Shown here: in pieces, positions 39,601-50,280 of the stretch
Layout: each line of letters starts with the position of its first letter
Position numbering within the stretch: the stretch's first letter is position 1
DNA from: Azolla caroliniana
Lineage: Eukaryota > Plantae > Polypodiophyta
Length of the DNA: 64,000 bases
NCBI GenBank assembly: GCA_043228905.1
Contig: JBHGNT010000009.1
Span: forward strand, 21,762,001-21,826,000
Reading direction: 5' to 3'
Translations under genes and position numbers: made by a program
Notes under the pieces: generated by a model
Told to the model about the DNA's origin: nothing
Databases searched by the model: none
What the model saw: the letters and a program-made list of their open reading frames with translations, nothing else

Positions 39601-41207
39601 TCCTTCCGAATGTGGCCAACCGCGTCACACCACATGCACCTGTTTTCAGCCAGAGGTCGTCGGTCACGGGCCTGTTCGCCACCCTCCCTCCATGCCTGGG
39701 TGATCTGGAGATCCTTTACCATCCGCGTCAGTTCCTCCAGAGCTGCTCCCCCGGTCGAGCCCTTGACCATGTCGGTCGAAGCCGATCCGGTCTCGAGCCA
39801 ATCTCGGTTCTCTTCCCTTCTCGTTGGTGGTGTTGGCTCGAGCTTCCTTGCTACGACAGAGCCCACCCCTGTCGATCCTTTGTCAACCCATTCCCGCCGT
39901 TTGTCGAAACAGCCACATACCCTCTTCACCACGGCCCAATTGGCCGTCAGCCCGTCATCAGTCTCCAATAGGAGGCCTACTTGCTCCCGATCCCGCTCGT
40001 CAACTGACTTAACAAACAATAGGACACGACTTGTGTCCAGAATGGTCCAGTCAAGCACCGAGAGGCGCGCGAAGCGTTCCTCAAACTCCCGGAGGAGCAC
40101 CGACGCGTTCCTTCCTTTGTCGGGGGTCTCCACCCACTCCATGAAGTTCCGCTTCAAAAGTTGAAGCGCATCTTCAAGCCCGTATTTTTCGAGGAGCCGA
40201 CCTTCGAACTCCTCCCAGGTCCGGCTCTCGGCCCGTACCTCAAGCACCTCCGTATGGATGCCCGGCATCGCCATTCGAGGGAATCCGGCTAGACGCCTCT
40301 CTTCTGGAATGTCCCTCATTACCATCTCAGCCTGGTAGGACGCCAAGTAGCTCGTGGCATCCTTCCCACTAAACCGGCCGATCGTACCGACAACCGCCTC
40401 GATAGCCCTATCAAGGGCGCCGGTGCCTTTGTGCGCACTCACTATACGGTCCACAGCCGAAGCCATGGCTTCTGCGAGGTCCGACCCCCTCATCTTCTAC
40501 TCCTCTGCCGCCTCTTCACGTCGGGTTTACCAAAGATGTCACGTTGTTACGCGCGTGCGTGGAGAACAAGGCAGGACCACTAGGGTCTTGGACTGAGGAA
40601 TAGGTGAGAAAAGGGAGAGAGAGAGAGAGACACGCTCACACACGTATAGACAAAGAAGCGCACGGGAATGCGGCCCAACAACACAGGAGACACGAGTTGA
40701 GCAGGAGATAGAGTATAAGAACACTAGTGTATGTATATAAATATATGTATGTATTTGTACGTATGCAGAGGACTCGAACGGTTACAGCCGATCAGGTCGG
40801 CGAGATGGATGCCAACGCCTGATCACCCACGCACACAGGGGAGCAAGATGGAGATTCTTCCGGAAGCACACGGGCGTTCGACGGAGCAGAATCAGCCTCT
40901 CGAGAACCTGTGCAAAAGAAAGCTATGGAGAACGACAGAGAAGAAGAGCTCGGTCCCAGTCTGACAGCACTTCGTCCCCTCTAGCGCACGATACCTTCCC
41001 TCCCCGTCTCCCTCTCTTTTATAACTCAAGGAGGGAGGCCGTTTCACCCATTTACATCACATTAATTCTCTCTATAGAATATTGCTACCTAGGATTCGAC
41101 TTTTGTGCCTACCTATCTACTATACAACAAGGGGCATGCCCACGTGTAAGGGCCGGTTCACACACGCTATACACGGTTTGCGCCTGGGGACGGTTTTCTT
41201 CACGATA
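36616..41207 (-). mobile_element. Autonomous-type Ty3/Gypsy of the TGTCG/Trp-PBS family: 5' LTR 40537-41207, gag-protease ORF 40493-38367, RT-RH in the -1 frame; 3' part lost
   Basis: PBS rc TCACGTCGGGTTTACCA at 40516-40532; gag with CMWCDAVGHIRKDC; protease LVDHGSKIN in the same frame after two TGA; RT FTVPKKDGTLRFIQDLQPVN, LPQGGTNS, FLDD; right flank CCGT. Confidence 0.92.
38311..38376 (-). promoter_or_regulatory. Predicted -1 ribosomal frameshift signal (G GAT TTT slippery site plus pseudoknot)
   Basis: Minus strand reads GGATTTT, 6-nt spacer TAGAGA, stem GGGCTATCA/TGATAGTCC; loop GTGGGG can pair with downstream CCCCAC; the -1 frame is open into RT. Confidence 0.75.
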
Positions 41208-43440
41208 CCGTTTCTTCGGGTGTTTCCATATGCTTCTGTCCTATAGGAAGAACCGGTACACTTTTTTTCGAATCCGGTTAGCCTCTTCTCTCTTCCACGC
41301 CACGTTCGGCGTCATCGTCTTTAGGAACTCACTAATCTAGAGCCACTCCCCGTCGTACTCGCCCTCGTCAAACTCATTAACCGTCAGTGTGCTCCTTTCC
41401 CTTGTCGTCACGTAAGCCGACTCGAAGAAGTCCACGCCGACTTCCTCGTCCTCCAAAACCATGTCGTCTTCGTCATCAAACCATGCTCTCGAAAGCATGT
41501 CGGCCATGGCGTTGTCCTTCCCAGAGATGTGTCGTATCTCCAGATTCAGGGATTTAATGTATGCGATCCACCTGAGCATCGCCAGGTCCGGCGTCGCGCA
41601 TCCGGAAACCATACCAAGGATCGGTAGGCAGTTTGTCTCGATTATCACCTCCATCCCGATCAAGTAGTCTTTGTCGGCCTTGACCGCCGAAACGATACCC
41701 CAGAGTTCGCATTTAACCTGGGCGTATCCTCGTTGTCGCTCGCTAAGTACTTTCACCCCGAACCGGATGGCGAACCTCGTGCCGTTCTCGTCCTCCTAGT
41801 TGATCACCCATCCTATCCCGGTCGGGCTCGTGTCTACAGTCACGTAAATCGGGACCTCCTTACCGTAAACCGCTTTCCGGAGTGCCGATGCCACGGTAAG
41901 CGCTTCTTTCAATCTCCAGAACGACTCCGTATGTTCCCCGCTCCACTCCAACTTGCACCCTTTCTTCAACAACCCATAGAGCGGCTCCACGATGTGTGCG
42001 TAGTGCGGAATCCAGATGTGGTAGAACGCACACGTGCCCAAGAACCTTTGGACTTCCGTAACCGACTTGCAGTCTTCCTTCATTGCGGAGATGGCTTCTA
42101 CCTTTGCCGGGGATGGTTTCCAGCCATAATGTCGACGACCATGATCTCTGACTGCCCGAAAGCTGATTTCTCTCCAAACAAGGTGAGCCACGCGCTCTCG
42201 AGTCTCTACAGCACCTTCTCGCAGTCGTCGATGTGGTCCGCCACGAATCTACGGCAACCGTCCCGGCCCAACCGATTCGTCCTCATCTTCCACTGAGCAT
42301 CCTTTGATTGGGATGTCGTCCAAGAATGGCATGGTGATGTATGGGATACAGTCTCTCAACACTTTATTCATCGCATTCACCATGTGCGCCACCAAGTTGG
42401 TCCCTCCTAGCGGTAGGGTACACATCTGCACTAGGCCGAGAGGTGACCGCATCGTTGTAATATCCCTGCTCTCCCCAACTAGTTGGAACTGATCGTACCC
42501 CGAGGACAAGTCATCGACCAAATAGATCGACCTTCTGGCGAAGGCCGAGTTTGTGGCGAAGGCCTTCGCGAACTCGTCAATGGTCGGTCTGATTCCTACG
42601 TTCCGAATGGTCACTTTATTGATCGACTGCAGATCCTAAATGAAGCACAGCATGCCGTTCTTCTTCGGCACGGTAAACCACCGATTCGAATATGGGGCAC
42701 TCGACGGCTCGAGGATGCCCATCTCCACCTTCTACTTCAAGAGCTCCATCAACTTCGGGATGTGAGGTCTTGGTACCGGAATCGGCTTGAGATTCCACAG
42801 CACATGCGGTACCGTGAAAATCACCATTGGTTCCACGATCGTTGGGTCTACGCGCCCGATCTCCTCCAGTCAGAATGCGAAGGCCTTCTCGTGCCTTCAA
42901 GCATTCTCTAAAACTTCTCCTCCTCCGCCAACAGTAGGAAGCAACCCCCACCGACCTTGAGCTCCCGTAGCGTTTTGTCAGTGAACCGGTGTCCTATGCC
43001 AGACGGATTCTGCAAACATGGGTCTGACGCGACCCCTTTCATCCGTTCCTCGCTGCCCTCCGATAAGGGTGCCGCGACTTGTACCTCGTATCCACGCGGG
43101 CCGTTCGATCCAACTCGACCCTTTCCCCGAAGTCGGCAATGACTTCATACATCTCCACTAAGTTAACCGGAATCGCTCGGTCTTCACAGAGGCCTTCTTC
43201 GATCACCTTTCCCATTTCCCCCAAGGTGTCATCGAAAGAGACCGCCTTCACGGTGCTACTAATTTCTTCGTCAGGGCTGAGGACTCCGCACTCGCTGAAA
43301 CGCTCCTCGGCCCTCTTCTTCTCCCAGCCACCAATGTCGGCTATCGTACAACCTCCGTCGTCGGAGACCCAAAACTTCCTACCTATAGTACAAAACTCCC
43401 TTCCTATGGTACACTTGTGGGGTTCTACTTGTGCCCGCGC
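41208..43440 (-). mobile_element. Second, more decayed RT-RNase H copy of the same Ty3 family
   Basis: SGYDQFQL...LPLGGTNLVAHM...FLDDIPIKG; VTVDTSPTGIGW; GYAQVKCELWG; AMLRWIAYIKSL. Confidence 0.88.
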
Positions 43441-43502
43441 ATAAGAGTTGGTTCATGCATCTTATTCATTGATTCCTCCTTAGGCCGGTTTTCTTCACGG
43501 AA

Positions 43503-44537
43503 ACGTTCGGTCATCTTGTGACGAGGGAGCGTTTCGGGTGTGCCCATGCACCTCTCCTCTCATAAAGCCGTACGAGCATTTTGTGCATGTGTTTGTGTCT
43601 TCCTTGTACGTTCGGTCGTCTTGTGACGAGGGAGCGTTTCGTGCGTGCCCATGCACCTCTCCTCCTCATAAAGGCGTATGAGCATTTGTGTGTGTGCTTG
43701 TGTCTTCCTTGTACGTTCGGTCGTCTTGTGACGAGGGAGCGTTTCAGGCGTGCCCATGCATCTCTCCTCCTCATAAAGGCGTACGAGCATTTTGTGCATG
43801 TGTTTGTGTCTTCCTTGTACATTTGGTCGTCTTGTGACGATGGAGCGTTTCAAGCGTGCCCATGCACCTCTCCTCCTCATAAAGGCGTACGAGCATTTGT
43901 GCGTGTGTTTGTGTCTTCCTTGTATGTTCGGTTGTCTTGTGACGAGGGAGCATTTCGGGCATGCCCATGCACCTCTCCTCCTCATAAACGCGTACGAGCA
44001 TTTTATGCGTGTGTTTGTGTCTTCCTTGTATGTTCGATCGTCTTGTGACGAGGGAGCGTTCGGGCGTGCCCATGCACCTCTCCTCCTCATAAAGACGTAC
44101 AACCATTTGTGTGTGTGTTTGTGTCTTCCTTGTACGTTCGACCGTCTTGTGACGAGGGAGCATTTCAGGCGTGCCCATGCACCTCTCCTCCTCATAAAGG
44201 CGTACGAGCATTTTGTGCGTGTGTTTGTGTCTTCCTTGTACGTTCGGTTGTCTTGTGACAAGGAAGCGTTTCGGGCATGCCCATGCACCTCTCCTCCTCA
44301 TAAAGACGTACGAGCATTTGTGTGTGTGTTTGTGTCTTCCTTGTATGTTCGGTCTTCCTGTGACAAGGGAGTGTTCGGGCTTGCCCATGCACCTCTCCTC
44401 CTCATAAAGGCGTCCGAGCATTTGTGCGTGTAGTTTGTGTCTTCCTTGTACATTCGACGTCTTGTGACAAGGGAGCGTTCGGGCATGCCCATGCACCTCT
44501 CCTCCTCATAAAGACATATGGGCATTCGTGTTTGTGT
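43503..44537. repeat. Tandem array, ~10 x 104-106 bp
   Basis: Units start at 43503, 43608, 43713, 43819, 43924, 44030, 44134, 44240, 44345 and 44450 (ACGTTCGGTCGTCTTGTGACGAGGGAGCG...). Confidence 0.95.
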
Positions 44538-44539
44538 TA

Positions 44540-44810
44540 TCGTCCCCTTGTGTGGTCACCGTGCGTGCTCATCTTTGCTTGTACCCATTTGATCACTTGG
44601 CTCGTGCGGTAATCTCGAAAACTCGACGAGTCGTGATCAACAAAAGCCACTGGCCTCACAAAAGGGGCAACGAGCCCTTGCTCGGGAAGGGGTCGGGAAG
44701 TAGTATTGTCGTAAAGCAAACCTCGGGTCTTCTCTATCCCTTCAGTACTCCCTAGTCCAAGACCCCCGTGGTCCCGCCCAAGTAACACACGTGCGCGAAA
44801 CTTCGCAACA
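44540..44810 (+). mobile_element. LTR 3' end, TGTCG family
   Basis: CTAGTCCAAGACCCCCGTGGTCCCGCCC identical to the motif at ~25597; ends CGCAACA (from CGCGACA), followed by CCGG. Confidence 0.75.
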
Positions 44811-47166
44811 CCGGACATGGCTATGCTAAGATGGATTGCATATGTAAAGTCGCTTAATCCAGAGGTGCGACACATATCCGGAAAAGACAACACGATAGCA
44901 GATATGCTATCAAGGGCATGGTTTGGAGAGGACATATCCGAATCCGAAAATGAAGAAGTTTCCGAAACCTAATTTAATTCAAAGCACATATGCCTGGTGA
45001 ACGTAATACGAGAATTTCGGGAAGCCAAATACGAGGGAGAAAGCCTGATGATCGGGAAGATGATTCAAGAAATCGAGGAATCATCGAACAATATGGAAAA
45101 GAGAGCCAGGATTCGAAGTAAGAAGTGGAAAGTCTGGAAGTTCTTCTTAAACAATGGATTAATCTGGAGCCGAAAAGACCAAATGGCATACCATTGCGGG
45201 TAGTCGGAACAAAAGAGCAATGAGATCGAATAATATCCGAATTTCACGAATCCAATTGGGCTGGACATCAGGGACCATGGGCAACATTCGCGAAGATCAA
45301 GCAAAAATATTGGTGGAAGAATATGTACAAAGATGTAGCGGAGTTCACGAGAAGTTGCGAAAAATGCCAAATCTACTCTTGGGTTCGACACCGAGATGAA
45401 TTACATCCGACATTCTCACCGACAATCAACCTCAAATGGATGGTCAACATTGTGGCCATGCCAACTAGGATCAGACATAAGAAGTACTTGGTATTAGCTC
45501 AGAAGATCTGATGAACCAAGTAGAAGGTCGGGCGCTACGGAGGAAAACATGTTTCGCAGTATGCCAATTTCTCTTGGAAGAAGTGTTCTGCAGGTACGTG
45601 TGCGTAGGACAAGTGATTGTGGATTGGGGAGAACCTGACTCTGATAAAGCTAGGGAATTCTTCACTAAACATGGAGTATGGTTAACACTAACCACGGCAT
45701 ACAATCCGGAAGCCAACGGGAAGATCAAACGAGGACATAGTCCAATCGTGAAAGCACTTGTGAAGGCATGCGACAGGAGGGTGAAGAATTGGCCACAGAT
45801 GCTTCCATATGCACTATGGGCGGATCGCACAACGCATAGTTCTGGGACCAGTTATATGCTAGTAGAACTTATGACCGGACAAGCTCTGGTGATGCCTACA
45901 AAAACCGCAATTGCAACATGGACTGTGCTACCATGGAAGGAAGAGATGAGCCGGGAAGAACTGCTAGTGATCCGGATACGACAGCTAGAAGGGAGATCAA
46001 AAGACATAGCGGAAGCGATACGCCGATAACAAGAAGCATGGTTCCAGAACAAAAGTCAATTCGATACAAAGCACCGTCTACGACCACGGAAGATTGACGA
46101 AGGAGATTGGGTGATAGTCTATGACAATAGTTTGGATCATCAACACACAACGATTCGGAAATTCGCTAAAAGGTGGTTCAAACCATACGAAGTTCGGAAA
46201 GTTTTCGACAATGGAACCTACCAATTATGTGAGTTGGACGGGGCAGTAATACGGGTACCTGTAGCGGGGAAACGAGTGAAGATTTTAAAGAAGCGAAGTA
46301 ACGCCGAACCCTATATTAGTTTTGACAACACCAATACAAAGGAGCAATCAGACAAGAGTTATGAAGGTTCGGGAAGCAAAGAAAGTGGGCTAGAATTAAT
46401 CATTGACATAGGGGAAGAGACTGAGGATACTACGAATGAAGGAGAATAACAAGTATTGGAAACTTCGGCACATACCGGAGGATGTGCGGGTTCAGAGGGG
46501 GCGAGTGTCGTAGTGTATTTCGTACACTACGTGAAAAACGTATATAGTGCTAGATTCCATAAATATGAAGAAATAGACGAAAATATAAATATATATATTA
46601 CATGTATAGGGCAAGATTGGAACCTTGTACCTTCATGTTTATAATGTAAAGCCTTACCATTACACTAATATCATAAGTGTTAAAAAGTAAATATCCCACA
46701 TTGAAGGGTTATTTCACGTAAAAAAACTATAGTTAGATAAAAAAACGCATGATCCATTTTAGAAAAAGCATGTTAGAGAATGCATATAGTCTATCAACAG
46801 AAAAAGCATGGAATCTATATAGTTAGAGAAAAAGCATGGATTGTAAAGACTCTCTCATCACTATATAAGGAAGAGAGAAAGATGTATATGGGGGGAGGTT
46901 GGGATTTTTTTGAAGGTTTGATTAATATATTATATTCATGGGGATTTCACGATTTTTCCATCTATTTCTCTCTTGCAATCTAAATTCATATTCTTTCCTA
47001 AATCATTAATTAATACACTATACTCGTGGGATTCATGAGTTTTATATCTTCCTTTCTTACAACCTATTCATAACTAGACTTGTCTCGTATTCTTCCTCTC
47101 CTAGTTCAAAACCCCAGGGGTTCCCACCCGACTCACGCAAACGATTCGGCGCCGAAAGGCACGACA
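44811..47166 (+). mobile_element. 3' half of a Ty3 element of the TGTCG family: RH end, integrase, PPT, 3' LTR 46506-47166
   Basis: AMLRWIAYVKSL; zinc finger FTRSCEKCQ; TTAYNPEANG; WFKPYEV...GTYQLCELDG; no chromodomain; PPT CAGAGGGGGCGAG; right flank ACGA. Confidence 0.9.
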
Positions 47167-48609
47167 ACGATGCTCCGGAATCGACAACCCATGTTGCCTC
47201 ATTGCCAACAAGGTTTAACTCATTCTCCTAGGTGATGAGCAACAATTCTTCTTCACTTGTCACAATTTTTGACGTTCCTTTCCGATCCGGACCTCTCCGG
47301 TCCGAACTCTTCTTCGAATCAGTGGTATCAACCCCTTTCTCTTTCCGAAGATGCCGACAGTTCTTCTGAAGTGCCCCGGCTTCCCACAATATAAGCAAGT
47401 AGGCCTTCCCCTTGACTTTGATCTCGTCTCTGATTTGTCCTAGTTTTGGGGACTCCGATTTCGGCCTCTTCCCCGGTTTTGGTCATCTTCTGTAACCAAA
47501 GCCTTCGGGTCAGTTCCCGATTCCTGATCCTTCCGGCGAGCTTCTTCATCGAGCAAGCTTGATTTTACCCTTGCTAGGGACAACTGCTTTCCTTCCGGCC
47601 CAGCATTGCCCAAAGTGACAACTAGCGTCTCCCAACTGTCCGGGAGGGAACCGAGCAGGAGCAATGCAAGTACCTCATCGGCCAGAGGTACTTCAAGCGA
47701 AGTTGTTTGATTTATGAGCCCCTAGAATGCATTCATGTGCTCCACCATGCTCGATCCGTCGTGGTACCGGAGTCTCACTAACTTCCGGAATACCAAAACC
47801 TGATTTATGGCGTTTTTGCTCTCTAGCATGGTGCCGATTTTCTCCTAGAGCACATGAGCCTTACTTTCTTCATTGAAGTTGTTGTACAGGCTCATGTCGA
47901 TGAAGCACCATATGTATGTCGTCGTCTTCATGTGCATCACCTCCCATGTCATCGCATCGATCTTATGCGGTTTCTTGTCCCCGAACTGCACCAGGAGTTA
48001 GAGATCTTTGACCACGAGCATGTCCCTCATCTTCGACTTCCACACTGGGTAGTTGGAGCCATTGAGCTTGAACATGCTTCCGAATGACTCTTCCATTTTC
48101 TTGTTAGCTCTTATACCAGTTTGTGCGGAATAGCGCTCGGCCACAACCGAGACTCAAACACTTTATGAGAGAACGAAATAGAAATGGAGTTTCGTACACT
48201 TATAGAGAAGAGATGACACAGGATGTTTATGTGGAAAACCCTAATAGGGAAAAAACCACGGGAGCCCACAGACTCCAACTATCACTATATGAGAAAGGAG
48301 GTACAACTATCAACCGGCGGCCTCTCTCTCTCTCTCTCTCTATACAACTATAATACAACTAACAACAACAACCTGAAGTGATTGCCCTAAGTCATATTTA
48401 TACTTATATGACTTAGGGCTATTTACAAATATAGCCTTTACAGGCACACCAGAAACATATTTGCAGATATGTCCTTGGATCCGGTTCACACTAGATCCAT
48501 CCGGATACCTTTTGGTTCGGTCTGGTTGCTACATCCGGTCCGGTTCCTTCCTTCGGCTTGTCCGATCCGACTCCTCCGGATCCCATCCGATGGGACCGAA
48601 TTCCCAACA
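47167..48609 (-). mobile_element. Ty1/Copia 5' part: LTR 48122-48609, Met-type PBS, gag to protease start
   Basis: PBS rc GCTCTTATACCA at 48107-48118; LLLGSLPDSWETLV; WVVDSGAS cut at 47167. Confidence 0.85.
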
Positions 48610-50195
48610 AACTCAAGTATCTTCATCAAATCGGCTTCAAAATGTCCAAGTCCGACAATTCCGTGTTCCTTCGAAGCGACCCTAGAGGACAACTATTTAT
48701 CATAATATATGTGGACGACTTGGTCATTGGAGGAGAGCACATAGCAGATATGGACTACATCAAAAAGCTTCTCTTCGGCCAATTCGAAATGAAGGACATG
48801 CAAGAGCTCCATTACTTCCTAGGTATAAAAGTAATTCGAACTCCAAACGGCATCATGATCTCCCAATGAAACTATATCCTCAATCTAGTCTTCAAGTTTG
48901 GGATGACAAAGTGTAACCCCGTTGCAACCCCACTCGATCGAAACTTGAAGCTAGATGCTGACTCCGGCACAGAAGAGTGTGAGCCGACTCACTATCGACA
49001 GCTAGTTAGAAGCCTAATCAACCTCACTATTACTCGACCCGACCTCAGCTACCCGGTCGGCCTCCTTAGTCGGTTCATGCAAACACCTTGCAACACTCAT
49101 CTGGATTGTGCTAAGAGAGTACTAAGGTATGTAAGTAGGACGATGGATTACGGCATTTTCTACAAGTCAGCCACATGAATTCGACTCGAAGGGTACACAT
49201 CGGGATTCGTCTTCTCCTTTAGCAGCAGAGCTATCTCCTGGAGCAATAAAATGCAGCCGACAATAACATTGTCGAGCACAGAGGCAAAATACAAGGGTGC
49301 GGCAGTGGCGGCATGTGAAGCCATGTGGCTTAAGAGGATTCTCAAGGATATGGACATCTCCATTAAAGATCCAATCCTCTTATACTACGACAATATGAGC
49401 AACATCCATTTGGCTCAGAATCCAGTCTTCCACACTCGGACTAACCACATCAAGGTGTGTTATCGTTTCATCCGAGAATGTGTGCTAGTCGGAGATGTCG
49501 ACCTACAATATATCAACACCAACCTACATACGACTGACATCTGACATCGAGGTGCACTATCATTTTATCCAAGAACGTGTCCTAGCCGGAGATGTCGACC
49601 TACAACATATCAGCACCAACCTGTAGACGACCGACATCTTCACGAAGGCCCTAGGAGCCGACAAGTTGCGGCAATTCATGACGAACCTAGGTTTCTCAAC
49701 CACCGACCAGCCGAGCTTGAGGGAGAGTAAGGAGTAAGGAGTCGCCAAGAGCCGCCACCCGACATGAAGTCGAACGGAGCACAAGAGTGAGTCGGCCATC
49801 CACAGAGGATCCCGAGCCAATTACCAGAGCCGATTACTGATCCAACCCGGATTCCAATCACCAAGTCGAATATCTAGCGACTAGAAGTTGTGTTTGAAGA
49901 GGTGTGTTGAGAATCAAACACAACATCCCTAGTGTGTGAACACACCTTAGGAATAGCCAAGTGTGTGAACATCCCATCACTTTGTATCATAACTAATGTG
50001 TCATAGAAGTTAAGTCCTATGACACATAGTTACTAGGTAGTTAAGTCTTCACCTCCTTCCCAAGAGGTGGTTATAGTGAGAGAACATAGAGAGAAGGTGA
50101 CTATATAAGCACCTTCTCCTCTTCTTTGTAAGTGTTGGTTGTTTTATTCTCTTGTTAATACAGTTTTATTGTTTTTCTATACACACTGTGTTTTC

Positions 50196-50227
<32 letters not shown>

Positions 50228-50280
50228 ACATACACACACATATTTCTTCCGTTGCACGGAATCACACCCGATTCTTTACA
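48610..50280 (+). mobile_element. Ty1/Copia 3' part: RT, RNase H, 3' LTR 49905-50280
   Basis: IIYVDDLVI, TRPDLSYPVG, LSSTEAKY, NPVFHTRTNHI; small duplication of the RH end at ~49450-49640; LTR TGTTG...TTACA. Confidence 0.87.

Noticed and set aside
43503-44537. CRISPR-like array or repeat-protein ORFs
   Set aside because: Units are homologous along their whole length with no unique spacers; there are no cas genes and the context is eukaryotic. The ORFs are by-products of the repeat.
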